Source: Macrostomum lignano (Eukaryota). Taken from it: a stretch of DNA of 64,000 nt. The position numbers and the translations under genes were made by a program. The notes beneath the pieces were generated by a model. It was not told where the DNA came from and made no database searches. It worked only from the letters and a program-made list of their open reading frames with translations. Each line of letters opens with the position of its first letter. Position 1 is the stretch's first letter. The DNA is taken from positions 1 through 64,000 of the forward strand of contig NIVC01001348.1 in assembly GCA_002269645.1 (NCBI GenBank). The letters run 5' to 3'. Below are positions 49,701-62,689 of the stretch, one piece after another.

Positions 49701-52700
49701 TACCCCAGCTATTGCTGGCACCCATTTTACAGCTGGGTGAACTGAAGCAATGCAGAGAGTTAAGAGCCAGGCCACTCACCAAGTCGCAGTGCAGGACGCC
49801 CTTCCTGTGCAGGTAGGCCAGCCCGGCCGCCGCCTGATGCGCCAGGCTCACCAGGATCTCCCAATCGTGCAGGAGGCGGTCGCCTTGCCGCAGCAAAAAC
49901 TGTCGCAGGTTGCCGCAGTTGACGTGCTCAACCACCAGGGTGTAGCGGCTCTGGCTGGGCAAGTACAGGCCCAGAAGGCGGAGCACGTTTGCGTGGTCCA
50001 GGCGCCTGGGATGATAGGCGATTTTTAGAGGGAAATTTTTAAGAGTTTGCCAGTTTTTTTGGGTCTAAAACTGAATTCTAATGGCTGGCTAATCTGTACA
50101 TTTCATTTCTGTCTAATCTATAGATTTAATGGCTGTCTAATCTCTGGATCTAATGGCTGTCTAACCTATGGATCTAATAGCTGTCTAATCTATAGATATA
50201 ATGGCTGTTTAATCTATATATCTAATAGCTGTCTAATCTATGGATCCAATAGCTGTCTAATCTATAGATATAATGGCTGTTTAATCTATATATCTAATAG
50301 CTGTCTAATCTATGGATCCAATAGCTGTCTAATCTATATATCTAATGGCTGTCTAATCTATATAATTTTGTTATGTAATTCCAATCCAATCTCATAATGA
50401 AGTGAGAATCTTGAAGCATGATAGTCTCTAAGCATGAGAATCGAAGCATGAGAAAGCATGAGAATCTAAGCATGAGAATCTAAGCATGAGAATCTAAGCA
50501 TAATTATCCAAGCATGATAGGGGATATCCATTTGTCTAAAAATATTTAAAATATTTTCTCACTTACATAAGAATGAACGCCTCATTCCTCAAGCAGGCGG
50601 TAATGTCGCTGGAGTTGTGCCTCCGGGTCACCGCAGTCACAGCCTCCGATCCGTAGCGACCTTGATGAAACGTCTGAAAAAATGGCGGAAGAATTTTGAC
50701 TTAAAAAATTCTTTCTTAGGAAAAATAAGAAGTCCGTTTTTTGCCCACCGATGACACACGCAAGAACCCGTGGGATTCTTCCATGCATGTAACCTTGCGT
50801 GTTTCTAGATTTCAACCGGCCCCCCAAACGCGGGCGCGCCATCTGCTGGAGACCGCGGCTTCGGCAATGTTCTTTTCTATTTTTTCTCTGTTTGAAAGCA
50901 GCCGTTCGAGTGATTGATTGGGGCAGGTGCCACTGGGCGCGTCTACTTGTGCCTCATCGTGTGGGATACTAATGACTTTACAAAATAGTTGGCTGTTTGG
51001 TTTCAACTGGCATGGCCATGACTGGTCTCTCCATGTGCAGGCTTGATGTCGGCTTGGGCGAGATTTGAATGGCCAGTGTCCTCTTGTACAGCTGTGTAGA
51101 TGCGTGGGTTCTATTGTACAGCTGTGTAGATGCGTGGGTTCTATTGTACAGCTGTGTAAATGCGTGGGTTCTATTGTACAGCTGTGTAGACGCGTGGGTT
51201 CTATTGTACAGCTGTGTAGATGCGTGGGTTCTATTGTACAGCTGTGTAGATGCGTGGATTCTATTGTACAGCTGTGTAGACGCGTGGGTTCTATTGTACA
51301 GCTGTGTAAATGCGTGGGTTCTATTGTACAGCTGTGTAGATCGGTGGGTTCTATTGTACAGCTGTGTAGATCGGTGGGTTCTATTGTACAGCTGTGTAGA
51401 TCCGCTATGCTAAATATTGTAAGCAAAGTTGTAAACTGGATGGAAAACCTCAGTAAGCGCTGCTGCTTACTAGCCAAGGTCCGGCGATAAAATTTATAAT
51501 TAATTAGATTCCTCATAAAACAAAGTCCTATAAATGTTTCTCCCCGTTGGCGTACGCTCGTAGAGACAATTCTATTAAATGTATTTCATTTTCTAGTGTG
51601 GCTGGCCATCTGGCCATCAGTTGTTTACTTTGACGTTTGAATAATATGTGCTGAGCTGCTAGGGTTTTGAGAATGATATTATTGAATTTGATATTACTAC
51701 TGGACTCAACTGACTGATAGGAACTTATAGACCGGAAGTGAGCATATAAGACCCGATTGATAGACCGGAAGCGAGTGTATTAAACCCGATTGATAGATCG
51801 GAATTAAGCGTATTAAACCCGATTGATAGACCGAAAGTGAGCGCATTAGACCCGATTTATAGACCGGAAGTGGGTGTATTAAACCCGATTGATAGACCGG
51901 AAGTGAGCGCATTAGGCCCGATTTATCGACCGGAAGTGAGTGTATTAAACCCGATTGATAGACCGGAAGTGAGCGCATTAGACCCGATTGATAGACCGGA
52001 AGTGAGTGTATTAAACCCGATTGATAGACCGGAAGTGAGTGTATTAAACCCGATTGATAGACCGGAAGTGAGCGTATTGAACCCGATTGATAGACCGGAA
52101 GTGAGCGTATTAAACCCGATTGATAGACCGGAAGAGCGCATTAGACCCGATTGATAGACCGGAAGTGAGTGTATTAAACCTGATTGAAAGACCGGAAGAG
52201 TGTATTAGACCCGATTGATAGACCGGAAGTGAGCGCATTACACTGAATCGACCGATCGGAAATGCAAACATGAGGCCCCGTGGACAGAAACAACGTCTCA
52301 CCGTCAGCTGCGACTCTGTGCCGTCGGTGCACTCGGAGCCCAACTCGATGTCGTCCACTGGCAGCCGCAGGAAAGCTTCAACGTCTGCGGAGCCGGGGTG
52401 TCCCGCCAACAGCTGCCCGAGACTGCGGCAGGCTCGGTACCTGTCAATCATTTGTCGGACGCTAGCGAATTTCTCGTGCCGAAGCACGTAGCACTGGCCG
52501 TCGTCATCGCGGTGAATCCACAGGTGCTTCACGGTTGAGTCGCTTCTGCAGAAGTGAAGGAGAAGGAGGCTTTTTGAAGAGGTCCAGTTTCAAAAGACTT
52601 TTGAAGAGGTCCAGTCTCAAAAGCATTTTGAAGAGGTCCAGTCTCAAAAGCATTTTGAAGAGGTCCAGTCTCAAAAGCATTTTGAAGAGGTCCAGTCTCA

Positions 52701-54194
52701 AAAGCATTTTGAAGAGGTCCAGTCTCAAAAGCATTTTGAAGAGGTCCAGTTCGAGCACATTTTAAAATTATAACCGCCATCCTGTTTTGTAAGCTCGGTT
52801 CTGGGACGCATCAGCTACCGATAGGAAAGAAAGCGAGATTCTGCATCATTTTCCCACTTGGTCATTTTTCCTGCCAATTTTAGCGAATTCTAAAGTGGCT
52901 GCCGCAATGGCGGTCAGTTTGGGTAGAGGAGCACCGGCACACTGTGTACCTGCTTTTGCTGACCAACCTCTCTTCATTGCAGGACACGGAAGTTCGGGGC
53001 ATCCCAGCGGGTGGTGCGACATGAAGACAGTAGCCTCTTTAGCCAACCGGTGCCTGTGGTTTCCCGTCAACTGTGGTTTAGCTTAGGAAAAGCGGGACAC
53101 TGGTAGCTAGCTAATTAGCATAATTAATGCGAATTCCAGGCCCACATGTACAGGCCGCCGAGCTGTCAGTCAGGCGGTAGCTGCATTTGGTGCAATAAAT
53201 TGGCGATGTTGCACAACATATACAAGGTTCAAGTCGCTACAGATGATGAGGACCCGCTGAAGTTTCCTGTAACTGAATGCACAGTTTTATGCTAAATCCC
53301 CTCGTTAAATAATCTCCTAGCTAGATAATTCCCTAGCTAGATAATCCCCAAGCTAGATAATCCCAAGCTAGATAATCCTCAAGCTAGATAATCCCCTAGC
53401 TAGAAAATCCCCAAGCTAGATAATCCCCAAGCTAGATAATCCCCTAGCTGAAAAAATCCCCAAGCTAGACAATCACTAGCTAGATAACCCTTTCGATAGA
53501 TAATCCCCAAGCTAGATAATCCTTTAGATAGATAATCCCCAAGCTATATAATCCCCAAGCTATATAATCCCCAAGCTAGATAATCCCCTAGCTAGATAAT
53601 CCCCTAGCTAGATAATCCCCTAGCTAGTAATCCCCTAGCTAGATAATCCACTAGCTAGATAATCCTTTCGATAGATAATCCCCAAACTAGATAATCCGAT
53701 AGCTAGACAATTCCCTATGTAGATAATCCCCAAGCTAGATAATACCCTAGCTAGATAATCCTCTAGCTAGATAATCCCCTAGCTAGATAATCCCCTAGCT
53801 AGATAATCCCCTAGCTAGATAATCCCCTAGCTAGATAATCCCCTAGCTAGATAATCCCCTAGCTAGATAATCCCCTAGCTAGATAATCCCCTAGCTAGAT
53901 AATCCCCTAGCTAGATAATCCCCTAGCTAGATAATCCTTTGGATAGACAATCCCCTATCTAGCTAATCCATAGCTAGACAATCCCATACATTATTCGAAC
54001 TGCAGCCAAATCCCCGGATCAGCAGCCGCCGCACTCACACAAAGGACAGGGCCAGCCTGCGCTTGAAGCTGCGCACCAGGAAGCTGCCCTCCGGCATCGG
54101 GCCCAGCACCGCCGTGGCCAGCAGTGGCGCCATTTCCTGAAAGAACCAGGCCTCCTCCCGGATGTCCGGCATTCGAAATTTGGCTGGATCGTAT
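45307..54194 (-). CDS. SH2 domain + tyrosine-kinase-like pseudokinase + low-complexity/coiled-coil tail; 5'-incomplete, 8 exons, at least 859 aa
   Basis: Exons 54194-54039, 52545-52302, 50673-50567, 50005-49780, 49530-49153, 48602-48512, 47177-46516, 46023-45307; all AG/GT and phase-compatible. SH2: AWFFQEM...EGSFLVRSF...LALSFV...VKHLWI...[11 protein letters not shown]. Kinase fold: [84 protein letters not shown]. Confidence 0.88.
47200..48390. repeat. 14-bp satellite (GTGTCTGTCCCGAT)n, near-perfect core of about 65 units, degenerate distal end
   Basis: Fills intron 47178-48511; the repetitive parts of the 340-630 aa ORFs are artefacts. Confidence 0.97.
49561..49766 (-). mobile_element. 5'-truncated copy of CORE-like SINE family B in a pseudokinase intron
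   Basis: The reverse complement matches about 29755-29945 (CTTCAGTTCACCCAGCTGTAAAATGGGTGCCAGCA...CCTTGGACTGAACAGCCGTACGCAGCC...GCAATAGCTGCGGCTGA). Confidence 0.88.
50080..50362. repeat. 24-bp tandem repeat (TAATGGCTGTCTAATCTATAGATC-like)
   Basis: About 11 units in intron 50006-50566; a short (TAAGCATGAGAATC)n follows at about 50428-50518. Confidence 0.88.
51085..51400. repeat. 30-bp minisatellite (CTATTGTACAGCTGTGTAGATGCGTGGGTT)n
   Basis: About 10-11 units. Confidence 0.93.
51715..52250. repeat. 33-bp minisatellite (GATTGATAGACCGGAAGTGAGCGTATTAAACCC)n containing ETS-consensus ACCGGAAGTG
   Basis: About 16 units, about 11 with an intact ACCGGAAGTG. Confidence 0.93.
52573..52750. repeat. 27-bp tandem repeat (TTTTGAAGAGGTCCAGTCTCAAAAGCA)n, about 6.5 units
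   Basis: Direct reading; lies next to the acceptor at 52546. Confidence 0.92.
53315..53985. repeat. 16-bp minisatellite (CTAGCTAGATAATCCC)n
   Basis: About 42 variable units. Confidence 0.93.
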
Positions 54195-54484
54195 CTTTCA
54201 AAGTGAACAAAACAGAGATAGCGAAGAAGGGCGCCGGGTGATGAGGGAGAATCAGTTAGATTAGTTGCTAGGTGGCGCTGTCTCCTGGCGCATTGTTCCC
54301 GAGTTTGCTGCTGTCAACTGCGCTCCGGTGATGGCCACGAATTGGCTGTCCCTGGATTGGAATGAGAGATTGGTGATTAGTAGTGTCACGGTATGATAAA
54401 ACTTGTGTATCGATAATTGTTGATAAATTATGCATCATGAAACCAAAAAATTGGATGGAAAAAGCTGCATTAGCAAATGATTCA

Positions 54485-55162
<678 letters not shown>

Positions 55163-55859
55163 CAGGGATACTCAATTCTCAACTTTCTCCCACTATACTG
55201 GCCCCTCTCTAACATCCCAAAATGTCAGTTAAACTGCAGTTTGCAGCTGAGCGCCGCACCACCATCGCAGCACACAATGGCATGACTGAAGTTCCTCTCC
55301 CAACTCAAACTGACCCCATCGATCAAGGGTCTAACAGCCAAAAAATGAACCGAAATTAGCCCCAAAGCCTCAGCCCTCCTGCGGTCAGATACTGACAGAC
55401 ATGCTCGAACTTTTGGTTTGACACAGGCCCCCCAGGCTGGCCGCCACCCGCTGGTCGAGTAAATATTTATCGGCGGTCGCTAAGCCCCGCCTCGTGCGCG
55501 AAAAAAACCGCACAAGGTCGCACAAGTGGCCGCTATTTGGCCCCTGAAAATAATTATCTTAAACCGGCACTTCAGTGGCTGGGGGCATATCAGGTCGAAC
55601 TAGATGGTATTTTTAAAGATATCTTAGGAATTCCCAGGCCACGCAGTGTATAGCTATGGATTGAAGCTGATTGACAAGGACAGGCGGGAGGTGTCGGTTT
55701 CGCACCTGCACTCTTTCTAGTTGAGCATTGGGCAATGGGGAATTGGTTGCTATGCGCAAAAAACGATCCCCTTCTGGGGCATAATGATACTTTATACATT
55801 TTAAGCTCTGCAGTCTTGACCACCTCTCTGCAATTTGAATCGGTCACCTCTCTCGTCTA

Positions 55860-56450
55860 GCACTCTCTCCCTCTCTCCCTCTCTCCCTCTCTCCCTTTCT
55901 CCCTCTCTTCCTCTCTCCCTCTCTCCCTCTCTCCCTCTCTCCCTTTCTCCCTCTCTTCCTCTCTCCCTCTCTCCCTCTCTCCCTCTCTCACTCTCTCCCT
56001 CTCTCTCTCACTCTCTCCCTCTCTCCCTCTCTTCCTCTTTCCCTCTCCCCCTCTCTCTCATTCTCTCCCCCTCTCTCTCATTCTCTCCCTCTCTCCCTGT
56101 CTCCCTTTCTCCCCTCTCCTCCCTCCTCTCTCCTCTATCCCTATCTCCCTCTCTCCCTGTCTCTCTTTCTCCCTCTCTCCCTCTCTTCCTCTCTCCCTCT
56201 CTCACTCTCTCCCTCTCTCTCTCTCTCTCACTCTCTCCCTCTCTCCCTCTCTCCCTCTCTCCCTCTCTCCCTCTCTCTCTCACTCTCTCCCTCTCTCCCT
56301 CTCTTCCTCTTTCCCTCTCCCCCCTCTCTCTCATTCTCTCCCCCTCTCTCTCATTCTCTCCCTCTCTCCCTGTCTCTCTTTCTCTCTCTCCCTCTCAACC
56401 TCTCAACCTCTCGCCCTCTCTCCAGCCCCTTCTTTTCTATTCTCTCTCCT
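55860..56450. repeat. Degenerate (TCTCCC)n / CT-rich microsatellite
   Basis: Direct reading. Confidence 0.93.
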
Positions 56451-57364
56451 CCATCACTTGCTCTTTTTCTTTATCCTTCATCTTTATCTACTCACATTTT
56501 GCAGTCAGCTTGAGTCTATCAATGATACAGTAACAGTTAGTCATCAAGAATAAAAGCACCGAAAAGTCTTGCTCTGCAGACACACTAGACTGTATGCTCA
56601 GTCTCAGATCTGGCACGAACCGTCGCGCAATATGAGCTATAGACCCCCCCCCCGAATAAGTAAGTAAATTAATTCGAGTTTTACTGCTCGATTTTACCGC
56701 ACCCACGCGCTGAATGCTGATGCCGATCTTCCAAGACATCATTCGCAAGCAAAACCGAATGACGAATAAAAACATTTCTAAGTTCAAAATATGATATAGC
56801 TGAATATAGTTGCTATGCGATTAAAATCTGGGTAGCCGGAGGCCAAATTCAAGCAGTCCTTGAGAAAGAATCTGGAGCGGTCAGGTCCACTGATCAAATA
56901 AATGAGCTGCTCCTTTGCAATCCTTTCTGTCAAACGAAACTCTATATCCAGTTGTCTAGCTTCAGACGTCCTTGGCCGATTCCTGATCGGATCCCTAAGC
57001 CAGATCTGTCCGTCCCAGTTTTGTTGAAGAACAAAAAATTTTTTTCGAGGTGCGGGTCGGCCCCGGCTGAAGCAATAAAACTGCATTTTTTTCTCTCTTT
57101 CTGGACAACCCGGCGGAGATCGTAAAACTTCGGGAGGTCAACGGGGCTTATCTGATCTCGGCGCCCGTCGTGGAGACAGCGAAGACTCGCCCTGCCTCCA
57201 CCCTCCAAAGCGGAGATTTTTTAAACAAGATTTGCAACAATATTTATGCCATCTGTATAGTCCGGCTGTAGTCTGACTCACACTGTTGCGGTGCCTGCAG
57301 CTCCTGGACACCGGTTTCAGAGGGCCTGACAATAACCGCTCTGTTGTTTCTGACAGGCACTGAA

Positions 57365-57980
57365 TGGTCACTGACAACCACTGTTGTCATTGGTATATTG
57401 TTACTGGCAACCACTATGTTGTCACTGGTATATTGTCACTGGCAACCACTATATTGTCACTGGTATATTGTCACTGACAACCACTATATTGTCACTGGTA
57501 TATTGTCACTGGCAAACACTATATTGTCACTGACAACCACTATATTGTCACTGGCAACCACTATATTGTCACTGACAACCACTATATTGTCACTGGTATA
57601 TTGTCGCTGGCAACCACTATATTGTCACTGGCAACCACTATATTGTCACTGGCAACCACTATATTGTCACTGGCAACCACTATATTGTCACTGGCAACCA
57701 CTATATTGTCACTGGCAACCACTATATTGTCACTGGTATATTGTCGCTGGCAACCACTATATTGTCGCTGGTATATTGTCGCTGGCAACCACTATATTGT
57801 CACTGGCAACCACTATATTGTCACTGGCAACCACTATATTGTCACTGGTATATTGTCGCTGGCAACCACTATATTGTCACTGGTATATTGTCGCTGGCAA
57901 CCACTATATTGTCACTGGCAACCGCTATATTGTCACTGGTATATTGTCGCTGGCAACCACTATATTGTAACTGACAACTA
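57365..57980. repeat. 21/14-bp minisatellite (TATATTGTCACTGGCAACCAC / TATATTGTCACTGG)n
   Basis: Direct reading. Confidence 0.93.
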
Positions 57981-58799
57981 TTAAATAGTCCCTGACGAGT
58001 ACCCTGACTGCCTTGACAACTACAACAGTGTCCTTAGCAACCTGGCGCCCCTGCTAACTGACAAAATTTTAATTTCCACTATTTAATATTTTACACCTCT
58101 CAGCTCATAATTCTTCCCATAGAGAAACTTGGCTAAAAATATTACATAAGTGTGACGCAACCCGCTCTACATCAACGCCCAGTCTCCCAGTGATGTGGGA
58201 GGTTGAACAACATGTATTTCTCCGCATTAGTCAACAAACGAAACGTGCTATTTCGAGCTAGAGTCATCATAAAATCTTCACATGTAGGCTATATGATAAA
58301 TGTATAATATCTACATGCTCAATGAATATAGATCCTGAGAACTCCGTAGAGTATTCAAATGTGCGAAATTGCCTTTGTTGTCCTTGGGACCACCGCCAAC
58401 CCCAGCGCAGTTAGTTGCCAAGCGCAAGAAGTATAGAATATTTGCCGACACGCTAAAACAAACCTTCGCACTGCTCAGACCCTCTCGCCTACAGCACAGC
58501 CACTCCATCCAATTAAAACTATGTCTTTCTAAGCTTTCTAAGCTTGTCAATTCATTATCGCACAGGGACCGCGACATGGAGTACTGGAATTTCTATCTAG
58601 CTAGATTGAGTCGATATTTTGATGCGAAAAGTATAGAATTCTCATACCGTTTTCAACAGTAAGAATCTTTTCCTTCTCCTACAGATTGCCTTTTTAAGAT
58701 TCCAATCGCGCTTGGAGCTAAATTGGAAGTCAGTTTTGAGGACAGAGCAGCTCCATGGTTAACGCATCCGACTCTCCGCGGGTTTGATTTGGTAACCTC

Positions 58800-60840
58800 A
58801 CTGCCTCTCTAGCTCTCCTCTCCTCTCCCTGCCTCTCTAGCTCTCCTCTCCTCTCCCTGCCTCTCTAGCTCTCCTCTCCTCTCCCTGCCTCTCTAGCTCT
58901 CCTCTCCTCTCCCTGCCTCTCTGGTTCTCCTCTCCTCTCCCTGCCTCTCTAGTTCTCCTCTCCTCTCCCTGCCTCTCTGGTTCTCCTCTCCTCTCCCTGC
59001 CTCTCTGGTTCTCCTCTCCTCTCCCTGCCTCTCTAGTTCTCCTCTCCTCTCCCTGCCTCTCTGGTTCTCCTCTCCTCTCCCTGCCTCTCTAGTTCTCCTC
59101 TCCTCTCCCTGCCTCTCTAGTTCTCCTCTCCTCTCCCTGCCTCTCTAGTTTTCCTCTCCCTGCCTCTCTAGTTCTCCTCTCCCTGCCTCTCTAGTTCTCC
59201 TCTCTCTGCCTCTCTAGTTCTCCTCTCCCTGCCTCTCTAGTTCTCCTCTCCCTGCCTCTCTAGTTCTCCTCTCCTCTCTCTGCCTCTCTAGTTCTCCTCT
59301 CCTCTCCCTGCCTCTCTAGTTCTCCTCTCCCTGCCTCTCTAGTTCTCCTCTCTCTGCCTCTCTAGTTCTCCTCTCCCTGCCTCTCTAGTTCTCCTCTCCC
59401 TGCCTCTCTAGTTCTCCTCTCTCTGCCTCTCTAGTTCTCCTCTCCCTGCCTCTCTAGTTCTCCTCTCCCTGCCTCTCTAGTTCTCCTCTCCTCTCCCTGC
59501 CTCTCTAGTTCTCCTCTCCTCTCCCTGCCTCTCTAGTTTTCCTCTCCCTGCCTCTCTAGTTCTCCTCTCCCTGCCTCTCTAGTTCTCCTCTCTCTGCCTC
59601 TCTAGTTCTCCTCTCCCTGCCTCTCTAGTTCTCCTCTCCCTGCCTCTCTAGTTCTCCTCTCCTCTCTCTGCCTCTCTAGTTCTCCTCTCCTCTCCCTGCC
59701 TCTCTAGTTCTCCTCTCCCTGCCTCTCTAGTTCTCCTCTCTCTGCCTCTCTAGTTCTCCTCTCCCTGCCTCTCTAGTTCTCCTCTCCCTGCCTCTCTAGT
59801 TCTCCTCTCTCTGCCTCTCTAGTTCTCCTCTCCCTGCCTCTCTAGTTCTCCTCTCCCTGCCTCTCTAGTTCTCCTCTCCTCTCCCTGCCTCTCTAGTTCT
59901 CCTCTCCTCTCCCTGCCTCTCTAGTTCTCCTCTCCCTGCCTCTCTAGTTCTCCTCTCTCTGCCTCTCTAGTTCTCCTCTCCCTGCCTCTCTAGTTCTCCT
60001 CTCCTCTCTCTGCCTCTCTAGTTCTCCTCTCCTCTCCCTGCCTCTCTAGTTCTCCTCTCCCTGCCTCTCTAGTTCTCCTCTCTCTGCCTCTCTAGTTCTC
60101 CTCTCCCTGCCTCTCTAGTTCTCCTCTCCCTGCCTCTCTAGTTCTCCTCTCTCTGCCTCTCTAGTTCTCCTCTCCCTGCCTCTCTAGTTCTCCTCTCCCT
60201 GCCTCTCTAGTTCTCCTCTCCTCTCCCTGCCTCTCTAGTTCTCCTCTCCTCTCCCTGCCTCTCTAGTTCTCCTCTCCCTGCCTCTCTAGTTCTCCTCTCT
60301 CTGCCTCTCTAGTTCTCCTCTCCCTGCCTCTCTAGTTCTCCTCTCCCTGCCTCTCTAGTTCTCCTCTCTATGCCTCTCTAGTTCTCCTCTCCCTGCCTCT
60401 CTAGTTCTCCTCTCCCTGCCTCTCTAGTTCTCCTCTTCTCTCTCTGCCTCTCTAGTTCTCCTCTCTCTGCCTCTCTAGTTCTCCTCTCTCTGCCTCTCTA
60501 GTTCTCCTCTCCCTGCCTCTCTAGTTCTCCTCTCCCTGCCTCTCTAGTTCTCCTCTCCACTCCCTGCCTCTCTAGTTCTCCTCTCCTCTCCCTGCCTCTC
60601 TAGTTCTCCTCTCCTCTCCCTGCCTCTCTGGTTCTCCTCTCCTCTCTCTGCCTCTCTAGTTCTCCTCTCCTCTCCCTGCCTCTCTAGTTCTCCTCTCCTC
60701 TCCCTGCCTCTAGTTCTCCTCTCCTCTCCCTGCCTCTCTAATTCTCCTCTCTTCTCCCTGCCTCTCTAGTTCTCTTTCTCCCTCTCTCACTGCCTCTCAA
60801 GTTCTCTCTCCCATCTCCCACTCTTCCTCTCTCCCTATCT
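58800..60840. repeat. About 2-kb pyrimidine-rich 22/27-bp satellite (CTGCCTCTCTAGTTCTCCTCTC[CTCTC]C)n
   Basis: About 85 units, with higher-order blocks. Confidence 0.96.
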
Positions 60841-61554
60841 CTAGCTTGGAGTCAACCCATGGGCCAACCCCCACGGCACAGAGGGTGTGCATGCCTCTGA
60901 CATCGAGAAAGCCAGGGCCGCTGAAAGCCACCGGGAACATATTGTGTGAGCGCGCGTTCAGGGTTCAGAGGAATGGGCACGACTGCTTGCTTCCCGGTGG
61001 CTGCGGGTCGACTTGTCGCCTTGATTTGCGGCAGCACCCAAATTGCCCCCTGCAAAAAAGTCTAAATAGTCAGTTTCCCTGTCCAGATACTTTATTTAGC
61101 ACTCCCCGGCCGCAGACAATTGCCAGCAGCGCTTGCGAGACAATAAAAATGCATGTCCAATCTGCCCCCCCAGCTGAGCCGCCACCCAGCGGGACCCCCC
61201 ATCTGCCCTTCTCATTGCAATCTGCAAATTGGCTACTCAAACTCAAATTTGGACAAGCTAAACTTAAAGGCATTGTAAAACTTCTATGCACAATATGGTC
61301 CCAAGATTTATGCACCCCTTGGATAGAGATGATATTGTGGGGGGGGCGGTGGGGTTGGTGAGACAGTTCTCAGAACTTGTCAAATCTAATGTTTAGCTGT
61401 CTACTTACTTCAAGGGCTTTACCTCTGTAGCAGCAACGACGATTTTATCGTTAGACAGGAAAAATTAATTAGCGGATATTAGTTTATTAGGTATAAACTT
61501 GCAGAATAATTAAGCTAGGTAATTGGAATAAATCACTTAGATTTCTCCCTCCAT

Positions 61555-61870
61555 ATCTGTATATCTATCTAGATTTCCCTAGGTCTTCATAGATCTCTAT
61601 AGATCTCTCTAGTTCTTCCTAGATCTCTATAGATCTCTCTAGGTCTTCCTAGATCTCTATAGATCTCTCTAGGTCTTCCTAGATCTCTATAGATCTCTCT
61701 AGATCTTCCTAAATCTCTCTAGATCTCCCTAGATCTCTCTAGATTTCTCTAGATCTCTCTAGGTCTTCCTAAATCTTCCTAGATCCCCCCAGGTCTTTTT
61801 AGATCTTCCTAGATCTCTCTAGATTTCTCCAGATCTCTCCAGGTCTTTCTAGATCTCTCTAGATCTCCCT
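61555..61870. repeat. 10-bp repeat (TAGATCTCTC)n, degenerate
   Basis: Direct reading. Confidence 0.88.
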
Positions 61871-62689
61871 AGATCTCTCTCATGCCTCATCAGATTTTCT
61901 ATTTCTAGGCCACACCCTAAATCTCTTAAATTCTTTTTTCTCCATCTCTAGACGTCGCTAGATCTCATGCTAGGTTTTTAGACTTTTCTCAATACATAAA
62001 ATATTTACTCTTTAGATTTTCTATAGATGCTGGCTAAATAATTCATTGGCCAACTACCATTCGAGAATATATTGATTTCAACTAAGTGTATTTTTAAGCC
62101 TCTTGGCGTGTGTGGCATCTACAGCAGAGAAGGCGTAAATTTACTTGGGAATTGAGACTCTTCAACCAATTTTCTCCATTTAGCCAAATAAAATCTCAGA
62201 GACACTTCATCGGGCACTTTGAGTGGTGAGAAAATTTTCAGCAAATTACTGCAACTCGACTCTGAAGGACTGACTAATGTCATTTGTTGGCTGAGGAAAT
62301 TCACTCATCTAGTCTGGGACAGCGGGTCTGGGCAGCATTAGGTCACACTACTACATATAGATGATGTTCGAGAGGCACTTTGCCAAGGCTTAGGGATGTC
62401 ACTAGCTACAGTATACCTCTAGCTGGCACAAATGGATACACAAATCAGTCAGTCACTGGCCAGCTTTGGAAATTAGGGATTACGCAACGTTGCAGAATGG
62501 ATTAGGCAATCTCGGCTAAGAAAGCAGTAACTAAGAGAGAGGGCAAATACTGTTGCTTTTCTGGTGGAATTTTCTGCAGGAAGATTGGCAGTCTGAGGGA
62601 AGGAGCAGCACTAATTGATTTGGCGGCAAACTTCCCGTCAGCACCAGCAGGCTTTAGTTATACTGCAGTGCCGGTATTTCTGGATGTTT

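Noticed and set aside
56488-58662. Short ORFs (88-100 aa) that could be transposase fragments
   Set aside because: No DDE, zinc-finger or other recognisable motif; cannot be supported without a search.
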